Assembly: GCA_964016885.1 (NCBI GenBank)
Contig: OZ024742.1
Location: 340,814,001-340,878,000, forward strand
DNA: 64,000 nucleotides
DNA from: Eledone cirrhosa
Lineage: Eukaryota
Direction: 5' to 3'
Below are positions 1 to 13,898 of this stretch, one piece after another. The stretch's first letter is position 1, and every line of letters starts with the position of its first letter. A program made the translations under genes and the position numbers. Below the pieces are notes generated by a model that saw nothing but the letters and a program-made list of their open reading frames with translations, was not told the DNA's origin and did not search any database.

Positions 1-99
1 AATTCATTATATCACTTTGTCTCGGCATAACATCGTTGTACAACCCTCAGCGTATATGATTCATTAGATGGTCTAAGTAACTCGGCATGGCCATAGAGG

Positions 100-620
100 G
101 GATATTATGCGTTCTTAGCCTCGTACTGTGACCGTAGATGTTTTATTGTGTGTCCTATCATACTTATCGGGATCGTAGAGATTTCATTAAATGTCCTACG
201 TTCTCCGACGTCTGTGGATGGTTTCTTATAACTCTTACCTTCGTCAATGAGAACTGAAATCCTTCATGGTGGCATGCTTCAACGGGAGAGACCATAGTTT
301 ATTCACTAAGTACCCTACATACCAGTGAAGGAGTGGACGACATGTTGCGTGGCTATGTAATACACTCCTTAGACGCTAGATTAACTCCTCCAAGTCATTA
401 CTCCGATGTCTCTATTCTTGGGTACTTAACTCTCTCCAAATCGACACTAGAGTGCCTGGGCGCCAAACGATTTGACCTGGTAAGAATGACTGACAAATTG
501 CGCCTCAACGACAGCTATTCTCCGTTCAGCCTCCTAAAGATCTGCTTAGCTTTCCCCAAACTTCATTGTAACAGTACAGTGTGTCATGTCATCCTTAAAC
601 ATGACGCCTCAGCAAATTTG
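100..620 (+). pseudogene. Degenerate CRE-like non-LTR retrotransposon RT C-terminal fragment
   Basis: ORF 333..683 contains DVSILG...DLVRMTDKLRLNDSYSPFSLLKICLAFPKL. This resembles the LLGSP...L..L..RL..L..HDA..LL..C...PKL segment after the RT of CRE-clade elements (recalled motif, not searched). Confidence 0.4.
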
Positions 621-1618
621 CCACAACCATCTTCTGCAAAATCGGGAGGCGGTCATCCCACCTGGGAAAGAACCCTCATGTGATGGAACAGTTGATACAG
701 TGGGTGTCAACGGCTGTTTTTTCCGTGACAATGCATTCTTTTTCTTGTCCGCGAAGCGAAGCTGAGATGTACCGTAGCCAAAGGTATAGAGTTTGCCCTT
801 TTCAATTAAAAAAAAAATTTTGTATTCCTTTTTTTTTTTTCTTTTCAAGTCATATATATGTCTTTAGGAAAATAACCCCGTTTAAAAACATGCACACACG
901 CACAAACAGTTAGTAGTCTAAGGGAGACAATTATAATTGTAAAAATACTTCTTTACTCATAAAGCAGTTCTTTCCCTTAGATGCATCACTCGTGCTTATA
1001 GATACACATACACACACACATACAGTATATATATTTAACCTCAACGTGTTGAGCACACCGACCTTTCTTTTCCTTTCTTTCTACACAAATACACGCACAC
1101 GGATGCACATGGATGCACACGGATGCACATGCATGCACATCGTAATGTCATTACAACCTCCGAATATTAATCGATGCGGTAGAAACAAGAGATAATATAC
1201 CGCCAATATTTTTTAAAAGAACATGCTAGAAACAACAGCTAATGATCCACCATCGTGATTAGCTGCTGTCCTTCATTTTTGAAATATTACAGTTTTTTTA
1301 AACATTCTAGTTCCTATACTTGAATGACATTCACTTTTTAAAGCTGGCAGGGACTTTAGCTATTGTTTCTAGCATGTCCTTCAGATTTTTAATGCTGACA
1401 GGGTCTACTGTATCCTTCAGTTGTTTTTTGTGAAGATATCTAAGGACATTAGCTGATGTTTCTACTATTTGTTTAAAACCTGTACGACATCAACTGCTAT
1501 TCCTCGTATGTCCTTTGTTTTTTAATCATTCTTTGGAGTTTAGCTACTGTTTCTGGTATGTCATTCTTTTTTTAAAATTCTGTTAGGGAAATTTGCTGCT
1601 CTTTCTAGCATGTCGTGA

Positions 1619-3770
1619 GTGAGGTTCGCCTGGCAAGCGGAGGTCCATGGTGGAACATGGTGCAGGCTGAAGAGGAAATTTCAGGAAAAGCTGGAAGCAA
1701 AGCTCAACACTATTGTAGCTCCCAACGATGAACCAGAGACTTATTGGGACGTGGTGGATTTCTCTACAAGAAAGAACAAAGACTGGTTCGATGAAAATGA
1801 TAATGAGATTCAAAAGCTCATTGATGAGAAACGCTCTGCACACCAAGGAGTGCTGTCAAATCCAAATAGCCAGTCAGCAAGGTTGACATACAGGAAACCT
1901 GCAGCACCCTACAGTGGGAGCTCAGCGAGATGCAGAATAACTGCTGGACAAAACAGGCCAAGAGAATACAGAATTATGTGGATACTGGCAAAATCAGAAC
2001 CTTCTCTGAGGCACTCAGGGATTTCTATGACCCCATTCACCAAGCACAAGCCCCTCTCCGTTCAGCAGATGGGTCAGCACTGTTCAGAGACAAAAGGGCC
2101 ACCATGAACCGGACTGATCACTATGGCAACCTGTTTGGAGACAAACGTTCGGTAGCAGACACTTCGATCAGCAACATCTCACAGCAGCAAGTCAAAAGTA
2201 AGCTGGAAACACCACCATCCCTAGAGGAGATAAAGACTGTAATCACCCACCTGAAAACACACAGGGCTCCCGGTGTTCATGGTATTCCCACTGAGGTGTA
2301 CAAGTATGGCAGTGGCTCACTCATTGAGAAGCTCACGGGCCTGTTTATACAGTGCTGGTCAAAAGGAGAGATAGCAACAGACTTCCGAAATCCCGTGATA
2401 GTGTCCCTGTACAAGAACAAAAGCCAAATGTCAGACTGCTCAAACTACCCTGGCACCATGTTACTCTCCACCACAGGCAAAATTCTAGTTTGTATCCTGC
2501 TCAATAGACTCATCCCACCCATTGCAGAGTATGTTATCCCAGAAACTCAATGTGGATTCTGTGCCAACCGCGGAACAAGAGACATGATTTTCGTACTCAG
2601 CCAGATCCACAAAAAAAAATGTAGAGATCAAAATATGGCCTTGTACGCTGCCTTCATTGACCTTACGAAGGCAGTTGATACACTTAGTAGGGATGGACTG
2701 TAGAAGATTCTCAGCAGATTTGGATGTCCGCCAACATTCCTGATAATACTCCAACAACTCCACACAGGAGTGGTCTCTCCGATAAATTCCCCATCGATAA
2801 TGGTGTGAAGCAAGGCTGTGTCCTTGCCCCACCTTATTTGCAATATTCTTCAGCATGATGCTCCGCGAGAGGGCATTTACATCCGGTTCCGTACTGATGG
2901 AAGTGTGTTCAACTTGCGACAACTGCTCGCCCGCACCAAAACACTGGATGAGATGATCCTGGATCTGCTGTTCGCAGACGACTGTTTCATTCTGGCGCAC
3001 ATGGAGGAAGATCTCCAGGTAGCCGTCAGCTGCCTTACTCGGGCAGCCAAAGACTTTGGTCTGACCATCAGCCTCAAGAAAACGGAAGTCATTTGCCAGA
3101 AGCTAACAAATGAAGAGGAACACCGCCCACAGATTAACATCGATGGGCATCCCCTCAGTGCAGTGAGGCACTTCACGTATTTGGGAAGCCTCATTACCAA
3201 CGATGCTACCTCATCAAACGACATTGACAACCGCATTGTCAAAGCCAGCAGTTCATTTGGACGCTTGCAGAAACGTGTGTGGTAGACCCACTCTCTATGC
3301 CTCGCAACAAAGATCAGAGTCTATAGAGCTGTTATAGTCACTACCCTCGTCTATGTAGATGAATGTTAGGTCTTGTACTGGAAACAGATCCCGTTGGTAG
3401 GACTATATAACAAGCGAGGAAGTTCTCAAGAGGGCAGATATCATAAGCATTGAGAGCATGATAATGCTTGGAAAGCTCTGCTGGGCAGGTCATGTCTCGC
3501 GTATGAACAAATCTAGAATGCCAAAGTCAGTTTTCTACTGCGAACTACATCAAGGCAATCGAAACCGCCTTAAGGACCAACTCAAGCCCCAGCTGATCCA
3601 AGGCAACATTGATTACAAGGAATGGGAACAACTGGGAGAGGACGGAGAGAAATTGAGAGTGACCATCAAAACACCTCCAGCCAGATTTGAAGGGGCCAAG
3701 AAGGCGGCAGCTGAAGACAAACATCAAAGAAGAAAGCTGTTCACCACCCAGCCACCAACTGACGAAATAT
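1619..3770 (+). mobile_element. 5'-truncated, frameshifted RTE-clade LINE (RT region and C-terminus)
   Basis: ORFs 1619-2107, 1930-2703, 2818-3285 and 3458- carry KNKDWFDEND, APGVHGIP, PETQCGF, AFIDLTKA.D, LFADD, FTYLGS, WAGHV.RM...R.PK...Y.EL. Confidence 0.92.
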
Positions 3771-4269
3771 ACACATGCATGCGCTTTTATCTGTACGTAT
3801 TTGTGTGTATAAATATTTTTTTATATATATGTGTGTGTACGTGCGTACCTATGTTTGTTTTCTTTTCTCTAGTGTTAATTGATTACTTTCTCTTTGATTT
3901 CAAATTTTTTTCATTTTCATATATTGTTTCATTTTTATACATATATCGAGAATGACACTTCTTTTTACTATTACACTCCCTTCCCTCTTTATCTTCCGCA
4001 TATAAGTGACCGCGCGCGTGTGTGTGTGTTTATACGCGTGCTTTCATACTCGTATGTGTATTTAATACCTGTATCTGGATGCGTGTTAACTATATTATCA
4101 TACAATTTCTTTTTCAACTCATATTATACGTACTTGTGGTCACATATACACAAATATACTTGCCCTCATATATCTACTTACGCACACATTTTCACCATAC
4201 ACATGCATTTGTACATACACACATATGTACATTTGTGAGTGTATACACATTCATATACACATACCCTAA

Positions 4270-4563
4270 CTATATTTCCTTATTTTTTTATATATCTCTT
4301 GCATTACTTTTATTTATATATTTTTGCCCGTTAAACTCTTGCATTTCTTGAGGAGACTTTTCAAATATTTCACTATGTTTTAAATTGCCTTGTCCGACGA
4401 ACGAATGAGGACGTTTTTCGTATTCGTCTTATTCGGGAAACCTCTGGTAATGAGGTGATTATATTGTATTGTTTATTATACATCAAATTTTGCTCTGGTA
4501 CTTACATAGAGCACTCTTCACTCCTATGACATCTCAATTTTTAACGGAAACTTCAATACTTAT
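4270..4563 (+). repeat. 5' pseudo-LTR of the PLE
   Basis: Nearly identical to 7509-7804. Confidence 0.9.
4390..4461 (+). ncRNA. Hammerhead-like motif (CCGACGA core, GUG at cleavage site, probably inactive)
   Basis: CCGACGA - stem II cgaatgaggacg/cgtcttattcg - GAAA - stem III cctc/gagg - TG; stem I weak. Confidence 0.45.
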
Positions 4564-7508
4564 ACAGCTCCCAAGGGAATGATCGTCGCATATTCTACAT
4601 TTTTATGAGATTGGCACCTTCCAGCCTTTTTAAAGTCGAGCACTCTTCAGTCAATAGGATTTTAAACCAATACTGAACATGGATAAATATCCTTTGGATT
4701 ACTCTATCAAGAATATCCCAACACCTTCTAACACTTCCTACACGAAAATGCTGATAGACAAAGTAGAGAAAGTTGTTAAAAGAATGAGATGGAATGCTTT
4801 GATTCTCGATGGACACTTTAACACGGAATCTACGGAACATTTTGATATCAAAACTCATAAATACCCGCAAAGATATGACCGCTTTTGGACTAGACTTAGT
4901 TAATCTAATCAACAATATCAATTTTCGTAAGTACTCTAACCCTTTTCAATCTAAACTATCTAATGATATTTCAATATTCAAATCTTCTAAAAAAAGTTCA
5001 TTTTCTCCGACAAAACTAAAAACTTATATGAAGTTAATAATAATTTACATGACCAACTCTTAATAGATAACATCACCTCTAAATACCAAATAGCTAATAT
5101 AAACACGTATAATAATATAAATAAGGAAGCTAAAGAATTAGCTAGTTCTTTAAAAATAGATAATAGGACAGAAAAACTTGCTAAACGTAATGTATATATC
5201 ACCCTTAAAGATCACAAACCTGACTTTATTAATCGTCCTAGTTGTAGATTAATCAACCCTACTAAGACTGATATCGGTCTTGCCAGCAAACATTTTTTAA
5301 ATAATATAAACACACAGATTAGAAGTAAGTCTGAATTACTCCAATGGATAAATAGCTCTTCCGTAGTACATTGGTTTAATAATATTAAAGATGAAAATAG
5401 TTCTAGATTCACCCAATTTGACATTGTAGATTTCTACCCGTCTATCACTCAGACTCTTTTAGCGAAAGCCTTAAATTTCGCTAGAAAGTTTACCAATATT
5501 TCTGATATTGAAGAGAATGTCATCTTGCATGCTAGAAACAATCTACTCTTTACTGATAATGACACTTGGATAAAAATATCTAACCCAGAGAACCTATTCG
5601 ATGTCTCAATGGGTTCTTTTGACAGTGCTGATGTTTGTGATTTAGTCGGCCTATTCCTCCTACACACACTTAAAGAAAAATTCCCTAACCATATTTTGGG
5701 GCTTTATCGCGACGATAGTCTAATACTTTCCCATACCACCATAGGCCATAACTTAGATAGATTAAGGAAAGACTTAATAAAAACCTTCGCTAGTTTTAAT
5801 CTTAAAATTACTATTGACACTAACCTTTCCAATGTTAATTTTCTAGATATAAACCTAGATCTGCCTACTGCTTCTTATAAACCATACCATAAACCTAATG
5901 AAAATTTAAAATATATAAATAAAGGCTCTTGCCATCCTCCTATAGTTTTTAAAAACCTTATCCCTAATATTAACCGTAGATCTCCACCCTCTCTTGCTCA
6001 GAAGCTATTTTCAATAAGGCATCCCCCTACTATAATAAAGCCCTTCAAAATAGCGGATTTAGCAAACCGATTAAGTACATACCAACAATACTAACTCTTT
6101 TAAACATACTAATAGGAAAAGAAAAATAATCTGGTTCACCCCCCCCCCCCCCCACTCTCTAGCAGTTAAAACTAATGTAGGCAAACAATTCCTAGGGCTC
6201 TTAGATAAACATTTCCCTAGAACACATAGATACTATAAGATCTTCAATAGCTACTCCTGAGGTCCCCCTATTAAATCTTATATCATCAATAAGAAATCAC
6301 ACAGAGAATATCAAAATTGCTCCTGTAGAGTCAAAAGTGAATGCCCATTACAAGGTAAATGCAACACCAAAGCCATTGTATATGCGGCTAAAGTGACAAC
6401 CATCAGTAACAACCAACAGCCACCAGAGAACGATATGTGGGTATGACACAAGACAAATTCAAAACGCGTTATTACTCACATGTCGCATCTTTCCGACATC
6501 CAGAAAAAATATTCACAACAGCTCTGGCTAGTAGAATATGGGATTTGAAAGACCAAGGTATCCAATATAAATTGGATTGGTCAATTTTGAACCAATCTAA
6601 AGAATATGCAAGAGGAACAACACTCTGCATAAGTGAAAAATATTGGATTTTACAGAACCTTAAATCACCAAAAACCTGCCTAAATACAAAAATAGAAATG
6701 TTCACCAGTTGCCCACACATGAAATCACAGTTGCTTTCCAGCTCATATAAACTTAACTCACTTTCAGATACTTATCCTCCATAAACTCTTATTCTTCACT
6801 TTCCTTAAATTATCCTCTTTACAGACTTCTCTTTCTCATTTACTTTCATTTTTAACTTTATTTTTAATTTTATTTTTATTTTTACTTCAATCCACCAGTA
6901 ACCCCCCTCCCCCTTCTTTTCGATTCACTTACCTAATATCTTCATATTCCACATTTTACTTCCCCATTTTCTTTCACTACCTGATATAAGAGTCACTTGC
7001 GTTTTCCACTTCAGATATATTTTGTTGTTTCGCAGCCGATTTTATATTTGTACTCATTTATTCATATGGCTGGTTTATAATCTGTATCTATGTGTGTGAG
7101 TGTGCTTATGTGTGTATATGTTCTGTATATGTATACGAACGCCTCCGTATGTGTGCGTGCGTACGTATATATATGTGTGTGTATGTGTGTTTTTATATCT
7201 ATGTTTTTTTTATATCTATGTTTTTTACATACTTATTTATACGTGTGTGTGTATGCGGGTGAATGTATGTGTATGTGTATGTATATGTGTGTATATGTAT
7301 ATGTATGTATGGGTGTGTATGTATATATATATATATAGTCGCGTACGTACGTGTGATTAGATATACATGTGGCGATATATATATATATATATATACATGC
7401 CTCGTGTGTATGTATGTACGCATGCATGCGCCTTTGTCTGTACGTATTTGTGTGTATAAATATTTATATATATATATATATATGTGTGTGTACCTCGTAC
7501 CTATGTTT

Positions 7509-7804
7509 CTATATTTCCTTATTTTTTTATATATCTCTTGCATTACTTTTATTTATATATTTTTTGCCCGTTAAACTCTTGCATTTCTTGAGGAGACTTT
7601 TCAAATATTTCACTATGTTTTAAATTGCCTTGTCCGACGAACGAATGAGGACGTTTTTCGTATTCGTCTTATTCGGGAAACCTCTGGTAATGAGGTAATT
7701 ATATTGTATTGTTTATTATACATTAAATTTTGCTCTGGTACTTACATAGAGCACTATTCACTCCTATGACATTTTCAATTTTCAACGGAAACTTCAATAC
7801 TTAT
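7509..7804 (+). repeat. 3' pseudo-LTR of the PLE
   Basis: Nearly identical to 4270-4563. Confidence 0.9.
7630..7701 (+). ncRNA. Hammerhead-like motif (CCGACGA core, GUA cleavage triplet)
   Basis: Same fold as 4390 but with GAGG-TA; stem I weak. Confidence 0.5.
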
Positions 7805-7940
7805 ATATATATATACATATATATACATACATACATACAAATACATATACATATATTTATATATAAATATATATACACATACATTCATACATACATACAT
7901 ACATACATACATACATACATACATACATACATACATACAT

Positions 7941-7986
<46 letters not shown>

Positions 7987-8197
7987 ATAATAATAAATGT
8001 GAAAACTAAAATCCCAAGAGGGCTCGATAAGGATAAATATATATCAAATATATAAGAACCGTAGAGTAAATATTTTTAATAAATATATATTAATCGATAT
8101 ATATATAGAGAGAGAAAGAGTCATATACCGTTCGAGAAGCTCATAGTATTTTGTACACACATAAAGTACATTATATTGAGAAGAAATATGTAGGTAG

Positions 8198-8284
<87 letters not shown>

Positions 8285-8742
8285 CGTGTGCGTGTGTGTG
8301 TGCGTGTGTGTGCGTGCGTGCGTGCGTGTGTGTGTGCGCGCATATGAGCGTGTGTTTGTGTGTGTGAATTTTAACTTATTCTTTTTGCCTTTGTTTACTT
8401 CCCTGTTCCTTATGTACTAAATATTCTACCAAAGTTGTTTCCCCTGGAAAAAGGAGAAAAAAAAATCAATAAGAGTTATGTTCCTTATAACAAAATATAT
8501 GACTAACTAAACATAGCAGCCAAATTACTCTCTTCTCGATTTAAAAATATGAATGCAAATTCTTTCGTTAATTAGTCAGTCAAGAAGGTGAGTTATAGAA
8601 TGCTCCAGCAGAGACAATAAGTTATCAATGAAATCAAAGAATAAGAGAGTTCGTATATGTGTCTATATATGTACACACACATACACACACCCATATTAAG
8701 TATACATACATAATGCATACATATATATATAGATATTCTATT

Positions 8743-11460
8743 CTAAGGCGGGTAAAATTCCCGAGAGCCATGGACGAGTTCTCTCCAGCAGTCTCTGTCC
8801 CTCATTATCGCTGCCATGTCCTGCGTCTCCAAAAGACCAGTGTCTGTCCTTAGGGCATCAACATACGTTAACCTTGGTCTTCCTCTTCTAGTGTGTCCAT
8901 GTAGGGGCTCCCAAAGGAGCACTGAGTGCAATGTCAACTCTGGATGTCGGTGAGCATGTCCAGCCAACCTCAGTCTCCTCTGTGTCACTTTTGAGCTGAC
9001 TTTTGGGATGCTCCCATACAACTCTGAGTTTTTCATCCTCAGTGTATACTAATGTTCAGAGCCATCCTCAGCATTTTCGTGTAGCACCCATCCACCATCT
9101 GAGTGAGTTCCTTGGTCAGTGTCCAAGTCTCAGACCCATACAGCAGCACAGACTCCACTACAGCAATGAAGAGGCAGATTTTCAGGTCTTTACGAAGGTC
9201 CGACTTCCACACCGATCTCAAGCTGTGGCACGCCGCCCAGGCCTTGTTCTTCCTCTCAGCCACATCATCTTCCGCATTCCCAATCTTTGCTCCCAAATAC
9301 AGGAAGTCCTCAACCAATTCTAGCGACTTCCCGCCTACATTAGTGATCCCCTCTGGCTTCTCAACATTCTCTACCAGATATTTTGTTTTAGTCTCATTCA
9401 TTCTCAGTCCCACACTCGACACAGTCTCAACCTCCCGCATCAAATCCTCTGCCTCCTTCACTGTATTTGTCACCAAAACTATGTCGTCGGCAAATTCAGC
9501 ATCCGATACCTTTTTCGCCCTAACTCTCCTGCTCTGAGCCGGTGCTACAGTAAAGCCAGAGTCCTGGTGTTTCTCCAGTGCAAGGCGCATACAATAGTCC
9601 ACTACGATGATAAAAAGGTAGGGAGCCAATGTATCTCCCTGGAGCACTCCAGCCAATATCTCAAAGAACTCTGTCATCCCATCAGGTGTAATGACTTGGG
9701 ATTTGGTGTTGGTGTAGAGCAGTGATATCAGGTCCACTATCTTCTTGGGGATTCTATAAGCCTGTAAGATCTTCATCAAGCAGTAACGGTCCACAGAATC
9801 AAAGGCCTTCCTAAAGTCAATTAAAACCATGACCGCAGGAAGGCACTTTGCTCTAGCTTCCTCTAATATCCTCCTCAGCATCAGGATGACTGGTTGTTGA
9901 TCTACCCTCTCTGAAGCCGTTCTGGTTGTCCCTGAGCTCCTTCTCCATCTCAGGCTGGATCCTGTTAAGAATCATCCTGTTGAGGGTATTTGCCACAAGT
10001 GACGTCAGTGAGATCACCCTGTAGTTGTTGGTGTTAGAGAGATCTCCCTTCTTTGGCACTGGGACGATGTTACTGATCCTCCACTGATTTGGGACAACTC
10101 CTTTCTCCAGTGCCCCGTTATAGAACCCCAGGGTGATATCATCAAAATCACACCTCTTCATCACCTCTGATGCCACTCCATCTTCTCCATGAGCCTTGCC
10201 CTCCTTGATCCTCTTCTTGGCTCTCTGAAGCTCCTCTCTGGTGAAGGGCTCTGTCTCAACATCCAGTTCCTCAAACAGCCGCCTGATCTCCCCGGTGCTC
10301 TGGGCTGTGGAGGGTGGCTCTCCTAGTAGGGTCCTAAAATGGTCTAGCCATTTCCTCTTCCTATCCTCGAGCCCCGTTCCCTGGATCTGACTCGAACACC
10401 TTCTCTTCCTCCCTGTGATCTCGTTGATGATCATCCAGCTCTCCCTACATCCAGATCTGTCAACCACTCCCTCCACACTTCTGATCTTCTCTATCAGTGC
10501 CTCCTCTCTGACCTCAGTGTAAGCGGTACAGAGCTCTTCCCTCATCTCCTCCACAGTCTCCATCCTCTCCTCCGTAGGATCAGCATTGAATTGTTCCTTA
10601 GCAGCTTTCAGGTGTTCTCTGGCTGCACACACTTTTGGGTTTGCAGAGCTGACGTGCTTCCCTTTGTTCTTTTTCCTCGGCACCAGGGTTTCACTTGCTT
10701 CCGCCACTGCATTGGTGAAGTGCCCGTACCTCCTCGTCACACTCTCCTGAGTCCATCCAATCTCTCTCTCCTCTGACTCTCCACACAGAGCACTAAACCT
10801 GTTTCTCACTTCCACTGTGAACCTCTCCTGTAGCTTATCATCTTCCTTGAAAGCTCGCCAGTCATAGATTGCTCTCCGGGGCCGAGCCTTGCTCTTTCTT
10901 AAGCTCACCAGGACCTCACTCATAACAAGCCGGTGGTCACTACCCAGTGTACTGAAATAGTTGTATGGTTCTGTGTTCAGAACACTATTCCGCCACTTTC
11001 TCCTCACCAGAATGAAATCAATCTGGGACTTGGACAGGTGCATATCTGAGATGTAGGTCCACATCTTCCCCAGATTCTTCCTAAACCTTAGGTTGGTCGC
11101 CATCAAGTTCGCCTCCAGCAGGGTGTCTCTCAGTAGTCTTCCATTTCGGTTGGTGTTGTTATGGAAGTACCAGCAAGGATCTTCACTGCCCTCCTTACTC
11201 AGATGTGCATTGATGTCCCCCAAAACAAGCAGGATATTGTGTGCCTGAGTGGTGTTGACAGCTCTACACACTTCCTCATGGAACTCTTCCGCACTCACAT
11301 CACCGCCCCTCGGTTGGACTATAGGCTGAGATGACTGTCAGTCTTTGGTTTCCATTGAAGGTCACCCTCAACACTCGCGGGGAGATAGGCATTATTTCCC
11401 TCACCAACAGATTGGTTTTTGCACTGAACACAAAACCCACTCCTCCTACTGCAGCATTAA
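8743..11460 (-). mobile_element. RTE/RTEX-like LINE: partial AP endonuclease plus RT, few frameshifts, 5'-truncated
   Basis: ORF 9853-11298 (LGDINAH, SQIDFIL, SDH, PKKGDLS, NQNGFR), ORF 9039-9881 (IDFRKAFDSV, GVLQGDTLAPYLF, FADD, YLG), ORF 8743-9036 (RRLRLAGH, LWEP.HG..RGRP). Confidence 0.95.
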
Positions 11461-11699
11461 TAAATCAATGAAGAATTAATAAATTAAATAATCAGAGCAA
11501 TATATCATAAATCATGTCCCGTTAGGTTGAGATACAATTTGGTGATATTTAGCTGCGCTTTCTAGCAACAAGCCTACCCGCCGTAAGCAACCAATCACAT
11601 TCTTTCTAACTTGACCACTGCTAAATTGCGGTTCTTAGCCATTTTTTAATCTAATTTTGGCGCGATCACTTTGGAAAACTAAGTGTCTAATTTTGAGTT

Positions 11700-11779
11700 T
11701 GTCTCCTGATGAATCCGAACTCTGGGCAGTTCCTATTAATTGGATGTCTAAAAATACGGATGAAACCATGGTAGAGATA
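11700..11779 (+). ncRNA. Type I hammerhead ribozyme (minimal palindromic stem III)
   Basis: tgtctc-CTGATGA-atccg...cggat-GAAA-CCATGG-TA-gagata. Confidence 0.85.
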
Positions 11780-12262
11780 TAATTACGGTATGTACACATT
11801 TCTTCTAAGTTTGAATTTACACCTAATTGTGTATGGTTGATGGTATATTTAGTCAGTTTCTACATGCTGTCGAAATGTTGGATAAATACTCTATTGGGGC
11901 CACCGCGAAGATGCCACTTTCGGTTATTTGTCGGAGATTTCTTCATAATAGTCTCCAGAAATAGCCGTCGAAACGGCTTGAACTCTGCCGTCGGGGTCAT
12001 ACATTTTCCTATATATATACATATATATATGGAATGTAGAAAAGTGACACAGGTTGATATATATAAACAAATTGTAAAAAGGATTTTAGATTTTACATAC
12101 ATATTTAGAGAGGACAGTTAATATTTTGTTCGAAGTTTTCTTTCGATCTCTGTTAGTGTTGACCAACAGAGGAGGTAGCAGTTTAAATTCAGGGTTTAAA
12201 TTTGTTTTCTCCATTTTATTATTATTCGTATAGATATGCAATTTAACTGCACTATACACTTC

Positions 12263-12302
12263 CGTCGTTGAAAAAGCATATAAAGCTGAAACCGGTACAC
12301 GA
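12263..12302 (+). ncRNA. Minimal hammerhead, U3-A8 core variant
   Basis: cgtcg-TTGAAAA-agc atataaa gct-GAAA-CCGG-TA-cacga; stem I has one bulge. Confidence 0.55.
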
Positions 12303-12514
12303 TTAAACGCGGAACTCCCTACTTTATAAATAAATGTTTTGATATTATACTAAAAAATTCCCTCCACCATTTTTTACTGTATGTTTTCTTTTTTACTATT
12401 TGTTTATATATATATAACATACTCACACACATACATACAAATTTATATTGGTATATATATTTTTGAACGAAACATTTCTAGTCTCTCGTAAAAGCCGTTT
12501 CTATATTAAACTTG

Positions 12515-12631
<117 letters not shown>

Positions 12632-12639
12632 CTCTGTAA

Positions 12640-13590
12640 TACAACAGCCTCCCTCACAAGCTAAACTGATGATACAAAAGTAACCCAGGTAATCAAGAAA
12701 CCGGCTGATGCTACTGTTACAAGATTTAGATGCCGCATACAGATGGGCTGAAAACAACAACATGCAATTTAATGCAGGTAAGTTTCAAGCTCTCCGCAAT
12801 CAACCCACAAACGTAGGACCACCACAATAAAGGTACACTGGAACATGAGGGATCGAAATTCCAGAGTCAAAATCAATACGGCCCTGGATATTGACATAAG
12901 CAATGATGCATTGTTTCATGCACACATCACCAAAATGGTGGCAATGTGCAGACGACTGGTGGGATGGATTCTGAGGACATCCAGGACAAGAGACTCGAAA
13001 ACTATGTTGGTGTAGGAATTTCATCCTCAGTCGACTGGACTATTTCTCTTATCTGTGATCGCCACGCAGTGTGAAACTAACTGCAGAACTTGAAGCAATC
13101 CAACAAAGCTACACCAAGAGGATTACCTTAATAAAAGAGATGAGCTACTAGGAGAGGCTGAGGAAGCTAACGCTTTATTCCATGGAGGGGGGACGGGAGA
13201 AATAGGCAGTGATATACATATGGAAGATCCTGGAAGGGTTAGCACTAAACTTCGACATTGAAGGCAGTGCCAGCCCACGAATAGGGGGCTAAAGGTTCCA
13301 TCCGTCGCATCGAGAATAAGGATTACATACTGCAATAGCTTGTGATTCAAGGGACCCCAGCTTTTATATAAGCTGCCAAAAATCAGAGAGATCTACATAG
13401 TGTGTATATAGATGTTTTCAAGAAACATCTCGACATTCTACGGACCAAGATCCCGTATGAACTCACAGCACAATGCGAAGCGCAAATAAGAGCAGCAGCA
13501 ACAAACTCCCTTTTGTAACAATGGCCAACCAGGGAAGGCTGACTAGGGAAAGTGTAGCATCGGTGGTCACAGCCCCTCGGCTGGAACGCA
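12640..13590 (+). mobile_element. Degenerate 3' fragment of a CR1/L2-group LINE
   Basis: Broken frames read LQDLDAAYRWAENNNMQFNAGKFQAL, MCRRLVGWILRT, SRLDY, LEAIQ.SYTKRI, MSYWERL, IYIWKILEGL. Confidence 0.85.
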
Positions 13591-13606
13591 AATATATGTA
13601 TATATG

Positions 13607-13697
<91 letters not shown>

Positions 13698-13772
13698 ATC
13701 AGGATAGAAGCAGTTTAAAACTAGTTAGATCATTACTCAGAGTACTCGATACTTGGGATAGTAACGCATGGC

Positions 13773-13898
13773 TATATTAGAAAGAGTCGGGGCCCGACGG
13801 CTGAGCTCGTGCCGTTTCAACATCTAGTTTCAGTTCAAGTCTGAACTAGCTGTTGAAAGGGAAAGAGCTCAGCCCTCGGGTTCCGATATTTCTAATAT
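13773..13898. repeat. Palindromic half-hammerhead element (diverged copy)
   Basis: Imperfect palindrome related to 41034, 47487 and 55896, with a similar upstream tail from ~13740. Confidence 0.8.

Larger units (their letters stand above)
4270..7804 (+). mobile_element. Near full-length degenerate Penelope-like element (Neptune-like: RT, Cys linker, C-terminal GIY-YIG) with direct pseudo-LTRs
   Basis: YSIKNIP N-terminus (4679), FDIVDFYPSI, MGSFDSADVCDLVGL, LYRDD, CSCRVKSECPLQGKC, YVGMTQDKFKTRYYSH; ~295-bp direct repeats at 4270-4563 and 7509-7804. Confidence 0.92.

Noticed and set aside
4679-6783. Possible selenocysteine (UGA) recoding as in Naiad PLEs
   Set aside because: The endonuclease is C-terminal (not the Naiad order), and the lesions are frameshifts and deletions rather than in-frame UGA at Cys positions.
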